From positions 1 through 60,180 of IMG/VR virus record IMGVR_UViG_3300028840_002990: 60,180 bases of DNA; one strand, given 5' to 3'. A program made the translations under genes and the position numbers. Below, piece after piece: positions 33,642 to 43,776 of the stretch. The DNA comes from a virus. Its lineage: Duplodnaviria > Caudoviricetes. Position 1 is the stretch's first letter. The number at the start of each line of letters is the position of its first letter. The notes beneath the pieces are model-generated. The model saw nothing but the letters and a program-made list of their open reading frames with translations, ran no database searches and was not told where the DNA came from.

Positions 33642-36552
33642 TTCTACTCAACAAGCATTACTGAGAACTGAGAACCAATATTCTCAATTGTTTTTGATGC
33701 CCTTGCAACCAAAAACGGTTTTTGCCTGTCAGATCAATGATACATTTTCAACACATGATATGACGGTTGAATTTGATTATGACAATGTAACAACCGGGGC
33801 ATATACTGATGTGCTGGCAGATCAAACGGTTTTTATCGGTTCGGCGTCTGGCTTGCGAGATATTGGGATTTGCAGGATTAGAAAATCCCCGACCTCTTCA
33901 AAAATCTATGTAGGTGAAACTTCCGAGATTGACTTTGCCAACAATTTATATGTAACGGTCATAGATGCTTTTGATCTTTGGCCTCGCCATTTGCAAATTG
34001 TGGATGAAACCCCCTACATGGATGTGGATGTTGCTTACAGTGATCAACATTCTAATTATGACCCTATTCCTATTATGGGAGGGCATGTTGTTTTAGATGT
34101 TGATACTTATCCTGTCTCAGTTGACTTTCCCGATGTAGCAAATTCAAGTGTTTATGACTCTTCAATTTCAACCTATGCTTTCACGGCTTCGGATGGGGTT
34201 GTGACGAATGGAGCAACGAGCAACCCGACCCTGACAGTCAACAGTTACCCGACTGATGGATACATCCGAGTCAAGTTGACTGTGACTGCAGCAAATGGGA
34301 AATCCTTCACAGGATACCGTTATGTATTTGTGTTTGATAGCGACAACCGACCGATTGAAAATTTTACTCTTGACAGTTGCATTGCAGATATTCAAGAGGG
34401 CGGTTGGAACGCGCGGGTTACTTTGCACAACCAAAGCGATATTGACCTTATGCGCCATAGAGGACTCGCGGTTATCTTTTCCAAAGATTATTTCGATGGG
34501 TCAATTGATGTGGTTGGAATGCAAGAGGGACGCGAGAATATTTGGATGTCTGGCTGGATTTATGACTACACAGATTTAGACGACCCCGAATTTTCCCCTA
34601 ATTCTTTTGGGATTTATTCTGCTCATTTCTGGTTGCAGAAAATGGCGGCATTTACAACGGGAGTCGAAATTGCGAAAAGTTCAAATTCTTGGACATCTAT
34701 AAAAGGTCTGACAGTTGACCGGGGGGTGTGGCATTTGCTACATTGGAGAACAACCCTGACAAGGGTAATGGATTTGTATCTGACAGGGGATACAAAATAT
34801 TCCCCTGCCTGTGAATCGGCGGCAGGTAATTTGTGGGGGCAGATAGCAGAAATAGCAAACAATCAAATTCTAGCGGAGCCGCGCTGTGATTACAATGGTC
34901 GTCTTTTCGTGAAAGTTCCGTTGAATTTAGTAACAGAAGCGAATAGGGCGGCTGTTTCTACGCTTGTTTTTGATCTAACAACCGTAGACTACACAAAATC
35001 AACTGAAATGACTTATTTACCCCCGCAGGTTTCACAAGTGAACTTGAGCGGGGTACAAGTTCAAATAAGCGGGAATGGAACGGCGATTTTTTCTTTATCT
35101 TATGGTCATACGTTTGGTTATCTTGGAAATCCAGAAATCATAGACAGGCTTTTACTTTCGAGTCAATCACAGGCAAACAGTCTTGCAGGTTTGATTGTTG
35201 GACAAAGGAATAACCCTTACCCTGAAATACCAATTACTTTGAATTCTATTTGTAGAGCATTCGATATTGCCCCATTGCAAAAATCCTCCATTACTTTAGA
35301 TGAATATGACGGTAATATTTTCCCGATTTCGATTGAATATGACCATGATAGTGATACAGGAAAAACGAATGTATCAATTATCTTTGAATCTGAGACAACA
35401 GAACAATTAGCAATCAACGGGGATATACCTTTGGGGAACGGCGAAACCTTGAAATTGCCGAGTCTCCCAAAGTTGCCGAGTCTCCCTTCGTTACCAACCC
35501 TTCCCCTCGTTTCCCCTATTCCGATTGGGGATGTTGGGGTAGGCCCAAAGAATGTGATGATTGCAACAACAAATTTTGGGATTTTGTATACAACGAGTTT
35601 TGACACGGATGACCCGGAATGGCTACACTGGAACTTTGGCTTGACAGACATTCAAAAAAACTCAGTTTACAGGATTCATTGTTGTCCGAGCGGTTTGATT
35701 GTTATAAGCGTTGACGATGACTCTTATGTGTATCAATCTTATGGTGATAGACTTTTTGCCGCCGAACAGTTAGGCGCGGAGTGGGTTGAAATCTTTGACC
35801 CTGAAACCGCATATGCAGGGGGAACAATCTTCGGTTTTGCTGTAAATCCAGTTGCTTATGAAAGCATTGTTGCAATTGTGAACGCGGAGCGAGATGGAAA
35901 TTTACAATCATGGTTAGGTAATAGGGCGGGATTAACCTATGCGGCTAATAATATTCAACTTCGCCGCTATCAAGGTGGTGAACCTGATTATATTCAGGGT
36001 CAGTATATTATCTCAGGCAATTGGGATAATATTTTCAACACGCCCGGAATGTCTAGCATTACCTCTGCGGGGGGAGTAGTGCAACCCTTTTTTGCAACCG
36101 CTGGATTCAATGGCTCTTATGTTTGGTCGAGGCGTGGTGGCGATAAATTATATACTTTCAATCAAGACACTCGCGGTGTTATTCGATGGGATGACCCTCT
36201 TACTTCAACCCAATTGACCGGAATTCCTGGCGGCGGGGTTGGGGTTCAATTGTCAAAATGCCCTGCTGGGATTTCCCCTGATGGGTCTAGGCTTTTGGGT
36301 GCGGTTGCAAGCAATACAATTGTGGCTCTTAGGTCATCTGACTATGGAGTGACATTCGGGCCATGTACAGGAATCAATGTCGGTTATTCCGTATTCGATT
36401 GCTGTGATCATGAAGATTCTTATATTGGTGCTACAACCCAATCGGTTTTATATACTAACGATTTTGGTGACACTTGGTATGATAAGAGCGGCAATCTTCC
36501 ATTTATCGCTCCCCTATGTGCAATGCGGCACATAAAGTTTATTAGTTGGTAG
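33631..36552 (+). CDS. Tail tip/baseplate hub protein with C-terminal beta-propeller-like region
   Basis: 973 aa; Pro-rich LPSLP linker; Asp-box-like SSDYGVTF and TNDFGDTW. Confidence 0.65.
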   Translation: MSLSSTQQALLRTENQYSQLFLMPLQPKTVFACQINDTFSTHDMTVEFDYDNVTTGAYTDVLADQTVFIGSASGLRDIGICRIRKSPTSSKIYVGETSEIDFANNLYVTVIDAFDLWPRHLQIVDETPYMDVDVAYSDQHSNYDPIPIMGGHVVLDVDTYPVSVDFPDVANSSVYDSSISTYAFTASDGVVTNGATSNPTLTVNSYPTDGYIRVKLTVTAANGKSFTGYRYVFVFDSDNRPIENFTLDSCIADIQEGGWNARVTLHNQSDIDLMRHRGLAVIFSKDYFDGSIDVVGMQEGRENIWMSGWIYDYTDLDDPEFSPNSFGIYSAHFWLQKMAAFTTGVEIAKSSNSWTSIKGLTVDRGVWHLLHWRTTLTRVMDLYLTGDTKYSPACESAAGNLWGQIAEIANNQILAEPRCDYNGRLFVKVPLNLVTEANRAAVSTLVFDLTTVDYTKSTEMTYLPPQVSQVNLSGVQVQISGNGTAIFSLSYGHTFGYLGNPEIIDRLLLSSQSQANSLAGLIVGQRNNPYPEIPITLNSICRAFDIAPLQKSSITLDEYDGNIFPISIEYDHDSDTGKTNVSIIFESETTEQLAINGDIPLGNGETLKLPSLPKLPSLPSLPTLPLVSPIPIGDVGVGPKNVMIATTNFGILYTTSFDTDDPEWLHWNFGLTDIQKNSVYRIHCCPSGLIVISVDDDSYVYQSYGDRLFAAEQLGAEWVEIFDPETAYAGGTIFGFAVNPVAYESIVAIVNAERDGNLQSWLGNRAGLTYAANNIQLRRYQGGEPDYIQGQYIISGNWDNIFNTPGMSSITSAGGVVQPFFATAGFNGSYVWSRRGGDKLYTFNQDTRGVIRWDDPLTSTQLTGIPGGGVGVQLSKCPAGISPDGSRLLGAVASNTIVALRSSDYGVTFGPCTGINVGYSVFDCCDHEDSYIGATTQSVLYTNDFGDTWYDKSGNLPFIAPLCAMRHIKFISW

Positions 36553-36559
36553 GTTTTAG

Positions 36560-37483
36560 ATGCAACGATATTTCAGGAAAATCAAGGCTAGTTTTGAAGC
36601 ATCGAAGCCCGAAGAAACGGTAAAGTTTGCGGCTGTTTTGGGTAATACAAGCGGCGTGGTTTCTACGGGTATTTCCGGTATTGTTTATGCAACTAAATTC
36701 AACGGCGAAGTGATTCGGGTAATAAATCGCCGTGTACCAAATGAGGCTTTCAAGCATGTAGTCATTGGGTATGACCCGTCCTATCCCGGCGTTTTGCAAG
36801 TTCTGAGAGAGAGAACGGTATTCAGTACACAGGACGCAAGAGTCCCGGCTGTACCTGAACATGACCATACCTACAATAGCGGGATGGCTCATTTTGTTTA
36901 TGACTTGACTATTATTCCATTTTTGGTTCTCCCCTATTCAGGGTTTACCGTTCAAATCTTCGGCGGGGTATTTCTCAAATCGGATGGCTCTTTTGGTTTG
37001 CTTGATAATCAAACTTTAGATTTGTCATCTTATCAACCTGTGAGTGGTGCTATTTGGGTTACGCTTGAATTTGATGACGATGGAGATATAAACGTTTTCG
37101 AGAGTAGTGCGGTAAACGATAAATCTTTGCTTACAATTGCAAATATTTACCCTGCAAGCAATTACCCACTTGTTGCTATCCAAATGTATTATGACCAAAC
37201 GGAATTGCAACGCGACCCCGAAGGGACAAATGACTTTTTTGATTTACGTTTTGGCGGTAGTACGCTTATAGATGCCGACAATGTGACATACACCCCGGAT
37301 GACTTGAATGATTGGAACTGTCTTGCAGACCCCGGAAATGTTGCAGAGGCCCTAGATCAACTTGCCGACAACGCAAAATCTTTGAGATACCGCCGCCATG
37401 TGATTGTTCAGGAAAGCGGCGGGGGCTGGTCGTTTGTCACATTGGATAATGAACCTGTAATGGTTTTAGACGAATTGGAGTAA
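36560..37483 (+). CDS. Minor tail/fibre protein
   Basis: Tail module; carries the YTP.DL.DW.C..DPG.V..ALD.LA repeat. Confidence 0.6.
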   Translation: MQRYFRKIKASFEASKPEETVKFAAVLGNTSGVVSTGISGIVYATKFNGEVIRVINRRVPNEAFKHVVIGYDPSYPGVLQVLRERTVFSTQDARVPAVPEHDHTYNSGMAHFVYDLTIIPFLVLPYSGFTVQIFGGVFLKSDGSFGLLDNQTLDLSSYQPVSGAIWVTLEFDDDGDINVFESSAVNDKSLLTIANIYPASNYPLVAIQMYYDQTELQRDPEGTNDFFDLRFGGSTLIDADNVTYTPDDLNDWNCLADPGNVAEALDQLADNAKSLRYRRHVIVQESGGGWSFVTLDNEPVMVLDELE

Positions 37484-37485
37484 TT

Positions 37486-38250
37486 ATGTCTGGAAAATTT
37501 GAGGTACTAATCGGCTATGGTACAAGAGCCGCTCAGCCCTCTGCGACTCAAGCGGGTAGTTTATACTTCGTTACCGATGAAGGGGTACTTGAGAGGGCGA
37601 ATGGTTCAACTTGGGATACTCTAGGGTTTGATGCAGATGGATTATCATTTACCCCCATTGACCTAAATGATTGGGATTGCCTTGTAGACCCCGGCGGAGT
37701 CGCTGACGCTTTGGACGAGTTAGCGGGGAGGGTCACAGACTTAGAGGGAGTGGGGGCGGCGGCTGGTGATTATGAGCTAATAGAGCATTTAGATAAAGAC
37801 GTAGCGGCTGGTGCAAATTTTGATTTCACAGGCATTGCTTCCACGTATGCCCACCTTATGATTATAGTAGGTGCAAGAACAACAGACGCGAGTTCTCGAA
37901 AGCTAAACATGACATTCAATGGAGATAGTGCGGCAAATTATCAATGGCGTTATGAAAATAGATTAGGCACAGCGAACGGGGCAGGTGTAAATTTTATGTC
38001 CCTGATTGATTTGCCCGATTCCGGTGATACGGCAGATCGTTTATCTATTGTGAAAATTCTTATTCCCCAATATACGAGTGCTAATTGGGATAAAGAATAT
38101 TTTTCTGAGGGGTATGACCCTATAAACGATGTACATGTTAGGTCATATGGAGTTTGGAACAACACTAATGCCATAACACGAGTAACCCTTACCCCCGCCG
38201 CAGGCAATCTTTCTCAATATAGTTACGCTGATCTATACGGGATAAACTGA
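37486..38250 (+). CDS. Tail fibre/receptor-binding protein
   Basis: Same repeat; F.GI..TY.HL..W.NT.AIT....LYGI head domain. Confidence 0.65.
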   Translation: MSGKFEVLIGYGTRAAQPSATQAGSLYFVTDEGVLERANGSTWDTLGFDADGLSFTPIDLNDWDCLVDPGGVADALDELAGRVTDLEGVGAAAGDYELIEHLDKDVAAGANFDFTGIASTYAHLMIIVGARTTDASSRKLNMTFNGDSAANYQWRYENRLGTANGAGVNFMSLIDLPDSGDTADRLSIVKILIPQYTSANWDKEYFSEGYDPINDVHVRSYGVWNNTNAITRVTLTPAAGNLSQYSYADLYGIN

Positions 38251-38576
38251 TGAAGAATATAAAAACTATCAAAATCGAAGATGGAAACACTATTGTTGAA
38301 TTTCAATTCAACGAAGATGCCACTCTTGAAGAAATCCAATCAATTGCAAGCATTTTTGGGGTGAATTTGCCGCAAGTTGAGATTGATTCAAAAACTAATC
38401 AATTGGACGTAGAAACAAGATTCAATTTGTCTCAGTTGGCAAACAAAACCCCTCAAGAGATTTACACGCTCATGCAAAGCGCAATGGATAGTTGGTCAAC
38501 CCTTGCAGATGCAAGGTCAGATTTGCGTATATGGTTGCCCCTTATGGCGGCAATCATCGCTTGGAAGGTTCGATAA
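38250..38576 (+). CDS. Putative fibre chaperone
   Basis: Small ORF after a fibre; C-terminus resembles 39752-40159. Confidence 0.45.
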   Translation: MKNIKTIKIEDGNTIVEFQFNEDATLEEIQSIASIFGVNLPQVEIDSKTNQLDVETRFNLSQLANKTPQEIYTLMQSAMDSWSTLADARSDLRIWLPLMAAIIAWKVR

Positions 38577-39752
38577 ATGCCGATTGACCCAAAGGGATTA
38601 CAGATCATCCCTCATGAGCAGTTACAGGATTGGCTAGAGCAAGCAAGTGACCCCTCTGCCCCTGAAACTGGTTATTGGATTCTCTATTTCAAGTCAGGGG
38701 GAGTGTATGTCATAGATGATGCAGGGGTGGTCACTGGCCCTTTAGGAACAGGAGGAGCGGGTTCAGTAGATGCCGCAGATGTCACTTACACCCCGGATGA
38801 TTTGAATGATTGGTTTTGTGTTCTTGACCCCGGCGACGTTCAAGAGGCATTAGATCAATTAGCCGCAAGGGTGACGGATGAGGAGGGGCGTGTTTATGAT
38901 GCAGGTGAAATTACATTTACCCCGTCAGATTTGGATGATTGGCTTTGCTCGTTAGACCCCGGCGACGCCAAAGACGCTTTAGACGAATTGGCCTCTCGTG
39001 TTACTACTTTAGAGGACGAGGGTGGGGGCGGCGGACTGACCTATTCTGCATCCACAGTCACAACCGGCAACGTTACAGGCGTAGAAGGAACACTTCATGC
39101 CCTAACAATTGCGGGACTTACAGCCGAGAGAAAGTTCACATTACCAACCCCAAGCGCGGCAGGTAAATATTGCGGAATGATTATCTTAGATGGTGATGCA
39201 GATTACTCAATGATGCCGCAGATCAATAGCGTAGATGTAGACGGGTACAATCTGTTTATTGCCGGGGAGTTACTTATTTGGATTTCAACGGGAACGGGGG
39301 CAACAGATTGGGAAGTTTATGAAGATGGTCGCATAAAATGTAAGGCAAAGATGCACCTTGCTTCCGCTCAAACAATTACAACCGGAACGAACACGATTAT
39401 CGAGCATGATACACCGGATTGGAACATAGGCGATATTTTAGACATATCCAATTATAGATTTGTGCCACGCAGGGCTGGAAAATATGAAATGAAATGCGGC
39501 ATAACATTCAACTTAGCAGATCAGGACAGAATCACTACATGGATTATGCTGGACGGCTCCGCAATTTCCCGCTTCGACTCTTATCATTCTTCCGGCAGCA
39601 CATCCAATATTGCAGTAGAATCTTCTCTAACTTATGAGCTATCGGCAGGCGCACTAATCACCCACCAATGTAGGCATGAGTACGGCTCAGATAGAGACAC
39701 ACTGGAAAGCGTTTACAATTGGCCTAGATTATCAATCGAGGAAGTTTTCTAA
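38577..39752 (+). CDS. Tail fibre protein with C1q/TNF-like head
   Basis: Two repeat copies; D.SNYRF.P.RAGKY C1q-like motif. Confidence 0.65.
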   Translation: MPIDPKGLQIIPHEQLQDWLEQASDPSAPETGYWILYFKSGGVYVIDDAGVVTGPLGTGGAGSVDAADVTYTPDDLNDWFCVLDPGDVQEALDQLAARVTDEEGRVYDAGEITFTPSDLDDWLCSLDPGDAKDALDELASRVTTLEDEGGGGGLTYSASTVTTGNVTGVEGTLHALTIAGLTAERKFTLPTPSAAGKYCGMIILDGDADYSMMPQINSVDVDGYNLFIAGELLIWISTGTGATDWEVYEDGRIKCKAKMHLASAQTITTGTNTIIEHDTPDWNIGDILDISNYRFVPRRAGKYEMKCGITFNLADQDRITTWIMLDGSAISRFDSYHSSGSTSNIAVESSLTYELSAGALITHQCRHEYGSDRDTLESVYNWPRLSIEEVF

Positions 39753-40159
39753 TGGCGAATATCCCCCCCCATTTTGATGGTAACGCTTTTGAAACCTACT
39801 ACAATCTAACTGATGAAGATTGGAGCGTATCGAACGGGGTTATGATATGCCCATCATTACCCAATTTGACAACAGAAGATTTAGCCGTTTTTGTAGTGGA
39901 TTTAGAGCAGTTTGTGCGGGTAAAGGACAGGGAAGAGAACGCAAAACCGAACGCGAAGGCCGTTCCAGGTTGGGCGGTATGGGACGAAGCGCAAGCAAAT
40001 GATTGGTACAACGTCCACATATCCGATGCACAGATAGAAGCGGTGTCAAACCTTGAAGAAGCAAAAGTAATCATGAAAGATATGTCTCTTGCGCTTCGCA
40101 ATTTAGGAATCATTGTCATTGCCATGCGGGATAGGCTTTGGCCTGACCTACCAGAGTGA
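39752..40159 (+). CDS. Putative fibre chaperone
   Basis: Follows a fibre gene; helical C-terminus. Confidence 0.45.
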   Translation: MANIPPHFDGNAFETYYNLTDEDWSVSNGVMICPSLPNLTTEDLAVFVVDLEQFVRVKDREENAKPNAKAVPGWAVWDEAQANDWYNVHISDAQIEAVSNLEEAKVIMKDMSLALRNLGIIVIAMRDRLWPDLPE

Positions 40160-40176
40160 TTGTCGGAAAGTAGAAA

Positions 40177-40440
40177 ATGGAACAATATCTAACCCTCTTT
40201 TTCAGTGTGCTTGCTCTTTTTTTGAATGTTGACCATTACAGGAGTGGCGGTCAATCATTTTGGAGGCTTGTATTCTGGTTGATTTTTTGGGGCACTTCTG
40301 CTTTGTTTTATGTTCTTGTTTTATTTACAGATATTGGTATGCACCCCTACTCCCCTTCTGTTCGATTGTTCCATGCTGTTTTATTGCTATCGTGGTTTTT
40401 CAGAGGTTATATAAAGCACAAGGAAAAACAAAATGCCTGA
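40177..40440 (+). CDS. Three-TM membrane protein, holin candidate
   Basis: Three hydrophobic segments and a basic tail, upstream of the endolysin. Confidence 0.5.
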   Translation: MEQYLTLFFSVLALFLNVDHYRSGGQSFWRLVFWLIFWGTSALFYVLVLFTDIGMHPYSPSVRLFHAVLLLSWFFRGYIKHKEKQNA

Positions 40441-40906
40441 TTGGTTACTCTCTCTCATTGCAATTGTAATACCAATCATCGTTACATGGATAGTCAATAG
40501 GCGTATGAATTCTTCTCTTATCAAAAAAACACAATCCGATACTAAACGGATAGAAGCCGACACTGGCAAAATACAGATTGATACCATTTCAACGATGCAA
40601 GAGACAATTGAGAAAATGGCAGATCAACAAAAATCTGACAGGAAAAGTATTGAGGAGTTGAGAGAATCTATCAACAGGTATGAAGGCTTATTGGATGAAT
40701 ACAAGGTTTTGCTATCTAAGGAAATAGAGAAAAGAAAAAACCTTGAAAAAGACAACCTAAAAAAAGACGAACAAATCAGGGCTTTACAAAAACAAATTTC
40801 TGAAATTGTGAGACAACATGACCTAGAGAGGGAACAGCTTATTGGTACAATTGATCAATTGACTGTGAAAATGAGATTGTTGCAGGAAGAAAAAGAAGAA
40901 AAATAA
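40433..40906 (+). CDS. TM-anchored coiled-coil lysis-region protein
   Basis: N-terminal TM then long coiled coil. Confidence 0.6.
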   Translation: MPDWLLSLIAIVIPIIVTWIVNRRMNSSLIKKTQSDTKRIEADTGKIQIDTISTMQETIEKMADQQKSDRKSIEELRESINRYEGLLDEYKVLLSKEIEKRKNLEKDNLKKDEQIRALQKQISEIVRQHDLEREQLIGTIDQLTVKMRLLQEEKEEK

Positions 40907-40931
40907 ATTATAATTATGCTATCTCAAATAA

Positions 40932-41084
40932 CTGTACCCGCGATATAGATACGTTGCTCAAATTCAAGTAAATAGAAGAAACAAAAAAATTGGGAGGTAT
41001 GATACTCCTGAACAGGCCGCAATAGCTTACAATGAAGCTGCCGTAAAGTATTTTGGTGAATTTGCTAGGTTGAATGAGGTGTGA
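40932..41084 (+). pseudogene. AP2 domain remnant (HNH-AP2 endonuclease-like)
   Basis: Frame reads YVAQIQVNRRNKKIGRYDTPEQAAIAYNEAAVKYFGEFARLN with no ATG; in-frame stop at 40929. Confidence 0.72.
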
Positions 41085-41087
41085 GAA

Positions 41088-42896
41088 ATGCCCACAATAA
41101 AACATCCCCCTGGATACGATATTTCGAGATATGAAACTGTAAATGATTTCAACCTAATTGAACCAAATCCATTCTTGATTATTACTAAAGCGACTGAGGG
41201 GCTAACTTATATTGACCCGACTTTTGAGACATATTTTGGCGGTATCAAATCATCCAATATTCGCAGGGGTGCATATCATTTTCATCGCAAGGCTTACAAC
41301 CCGATAGACCAAGCAAACCATTTTTATGATACTTGTTTTAGTACCGGACTTGACAATAATGATATTCTTGTTTTGGATGTAGAGGAGGGCGGGGAAACCG
41401 CTGACCAGTTAGAGCAATTCACAAAGCAATTACAGGCGCATTGTGACAACAAAATAATAATTTATTCCAGAAAAAATCTATTAGACCCTATTGAGATGAC
41501 TCAAGAACAGAGGGATTTTTTTATTGAGATTCCTATATGGACGGCAGGGTATCCATACAATCCAGATGCTTATGATTCTCCCCCTGCTCATTACATTCCA
41601 GATCAATCAAAATGGGGAGCGGTTTGGATGTGGCAATATTCAGATCAAGGCATTGTAAAAGGCATTGATGGTAAAGTAGATTTGAATTGGTTATCCCCTG
41701 CCATAATTGATTGGTTGGGAGTTCCCCCGGAAACTACCAAAAGTTATTTTTATGATATTGCCCCTGAAAATGTTGTTCGTGCCGAGGTCACAGGATACCC
41801 AACATTTCGGACAGTTGAGCAGGTAGCACAAGAATTCCATGCAACTGTACAACCCGGAAACCACTCGATTGTTGTCAATGGGGATGGGTGGGGAACGCAC
41901 ACCCTGAGAGTGTGGGCAGAGAAACTCATGCCCTTGATTCGTCCTGTGCTTGTGAGGGCTACTTATCCAAACGGGGATTGGGTTGTGGATGGGATTTGGA
42001 AACACATACAACCAAGAGACACATATCACCCCCGAATCACATTTGACTCCCAACAAAAAGGTGCGATTGCAGAGGCGCGAGGGGCGGGGTGGTATCCAAA
42101 TCAATTGATTGATCATAACGCATTTGGCTTGACTCGTAGGCTTGTCGTGAATTCTGTAATCAACCCTGCTTTTCAGGAAACAGGGGAACTAAACTCTCGA
42201 ATTGGATTCGGATTCACCCCGGATGGTCATTTGATAATTTGTGCAAAGGATGGGTGGGATTACTATAAACCTGACAATGGCAAAACTCCCCCCGCAGGCT
42301 GGACTTTGACCAAACTCGGTTTAGAACTGATTTCGCGCGGCGTTGTGATGGGAGGGGATGGGGATGGCGGCGGTAGCATGACCATCGCGGTAGACGGTCA
42401 AGTTATAAATGGCTATAATAACGATGGCGAGAAAATTATGCGCAATGTTTTCAATTGTGTTATGTTGGAGGTGGCAGAATTGGACGGTTTGCCAGAACCA
42501 CCAATTGAGCCGCCGCCAAATGGAGGCGAAATGATACCCGGTGAAGCACAAGAAAAACTTGGAAAAACTATGACTGTTCGTGATCAACCCGGCGCGGTTT
42601 CCGGGTCTGACATAGGAGAGCGGATTTACCCAGATAAAAAATTCGATTGGTACGCAATTGTGGATGATGTAAATTATCCGAATGACCAAAATTATCAGTG
42701 GTTTGTGATTGCGATTGATGCCGATGGAAACCCAACGAAGTATACCAATTACATTTACCCCCCGAACGGGGAACGGGCTACAATATTGAGCGAACCGCAA
42801 GACCCAACAGAACCACCGCCTACAGAGGGAAGAAAAATAGCTGATGCGATAATCAATTATGATGACGGGTCAAGCGAAAGGCTGATACCAGAATGA
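41088..42896 (+). CDS. Endolysin: GH25 muramidase plus phosphodiester glycosidase (NAGPA-like) domain
   Basis: DISRY, KATEG, GAYHF, LDVE, WQYS..G..VDLN; SRIGFG..DG..DGGGS. Confidence 0.85.
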   Translation: MPTIKHPPGYDISRYETVNDFNLIEPNPFLIITKATEGLTYIDPTFETYFGGIKSSNIRRGAYHFHRKAYNPIDQANHFYDTCFSTGLDNNDILVLDVEEGGETADQLEQFTKQLQAHCDNKIIIYSRKNLLDPIEMTQEQRDFFIEIPIWTAGYPYNPDAYDSPPAHYIPDQSKWGAVWMWQYSDQGIVKGIDGKVDLNWLSPAIIDWLGVPPETTKSYFYDIAPENVVRAEVTGYPTFRTVEQVAQEFHATVQPGNHSIVVNGDGWGTHTLRVWAEKLMPLIRPVLVRATYPNGDWVVDGIWKHIQPRDTYHPRITFDSQQKGAIAEARGAGWYPNQLIDHNAFGLTRRLVVNSVINPAFQETGELNSRIGFGFTPDGHLIICAKDGWDYYKPDNGKTPPAGWTLTKLGLELISRGVVMGGDGDGGGSMTIAVDGQVINGYNNDGEKIMRNVFNCVMLEVAELDGLPEPPIEPPPNGGEMIPGEAQEKLGKTMTVRDQPGAVSGSDIGERIYPDKKFDWYAIVDDVNYPNDQNYQWFVIAIDADGNPTKYTNYIYPPNGERATILSEPQDPTEPPPTEGRKIADAIINYDDGSSERLIPE

Positions 42897-43765
42897 CTAG
42901 GTTGACCATCAATTATGATGACGGGAGCAACGAGGTTTTAGTCAGTGTTCCTCCTCCATCAAATGACCTTGTTTATCCAGAAGGCTACGAACTTGCTTGG
43001 GTAAAACCCGATTGGTTGCTTCCGGCGTATGGCGATTCTGTTGGATTTGACTATGATATTCGCAGTAACAATCTAACGGATAGAGGGCAAGGTACTCCGG
43101 GCGTCCATCGTTTTGGAGAAATGGGGCCGAGGTTGGTTTATCACACCTATACAAGCCGCTCGGTGTTCGACAAAGGCAAACAAGAATTTGCGGCTGATGT
43201 GCTGGCGGTAAAAAGATATGGTAAGAAATTGAACGAACTACCCCCCGATCAGGCCGCTCATATTAGAAAGGTGTTCGGGGCAGAATATTCTCACGGTCTT
43301 TTCATTACGAATTTTGCCGGGGTTGATATTTGCAAAGATTACATCAACCAAGAAAACTTGGACAAGGACGATTCAAAGATTGACCCATTTATTGTCCACA
43401 CTAATACCATTGCAGTAAAACGGATTGATGATACCTGGGTAAGAGCTTATGGTTATGAAGTGAACGAGAAGTTGCCAGAAGTAATTCCTGAATTACTTGA
43501 AGCAGACCCGCGTATTTTGAAAGCGGGTATCATCTATCCGAAGAAGTTCACAGAATTCCCGAATGACCGAGGCGTAGTCTATCCCAATCATTTGGGGTAT
43601 GCCTATGTCATTGGAAGATTCCCAACATATCAGGACGGGAGCGGCACAGATGTTTTGTACCCGTTTTTCATTCCTCGTGATACTAACGGTCATTACCCTG
43701 CTGAGTTCCTACATTTCTACTCAGACGGCGAAGAAATACGGTTGCCATATAATCCGCCTAAGTAG
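42893..43765 (+). CDS. Hypothetical protein sharing INYDDGS with the endolysin C-terminus
   Basis: 290 aa, ATGA overlap. Confidence 0.7.
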   Translation: MTRLTINYDDGSNEVLVSVPPPSNDLVYPEGYELAWVKPDWLLPAYGDSVGFDYDIRSNNLTDRGQGTPGVHRFGEMGPRLVYHTYTSRSVFDKGKQEFAADVLAVKRYGKKLNELPPDQAAHIRKVFGAEYSHGLFITNFAGVDICKDYINQENLDKDDSKIDPFIVHTNTIAVKRIDDTWVRAYGYEVNEKLPEVIPELLEADPRILKAGIIYPKKFTEFPNDRGVVYPNHLGYAYVIGRFPTYQDGSGTDVLYPFFIPRDTNGHYPAEFLHFYSDGEEIRLPYNPPK

Positions 43766-43776
43766 GAGAGTGATCA

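Noticed and set aside
37268-38999. Diversity-generating retroelement TR/VR pair in the fibre genes
   Set aside because: No reverse transcriptase; the copies are in-frame protein repeats without adenine-specific differences.
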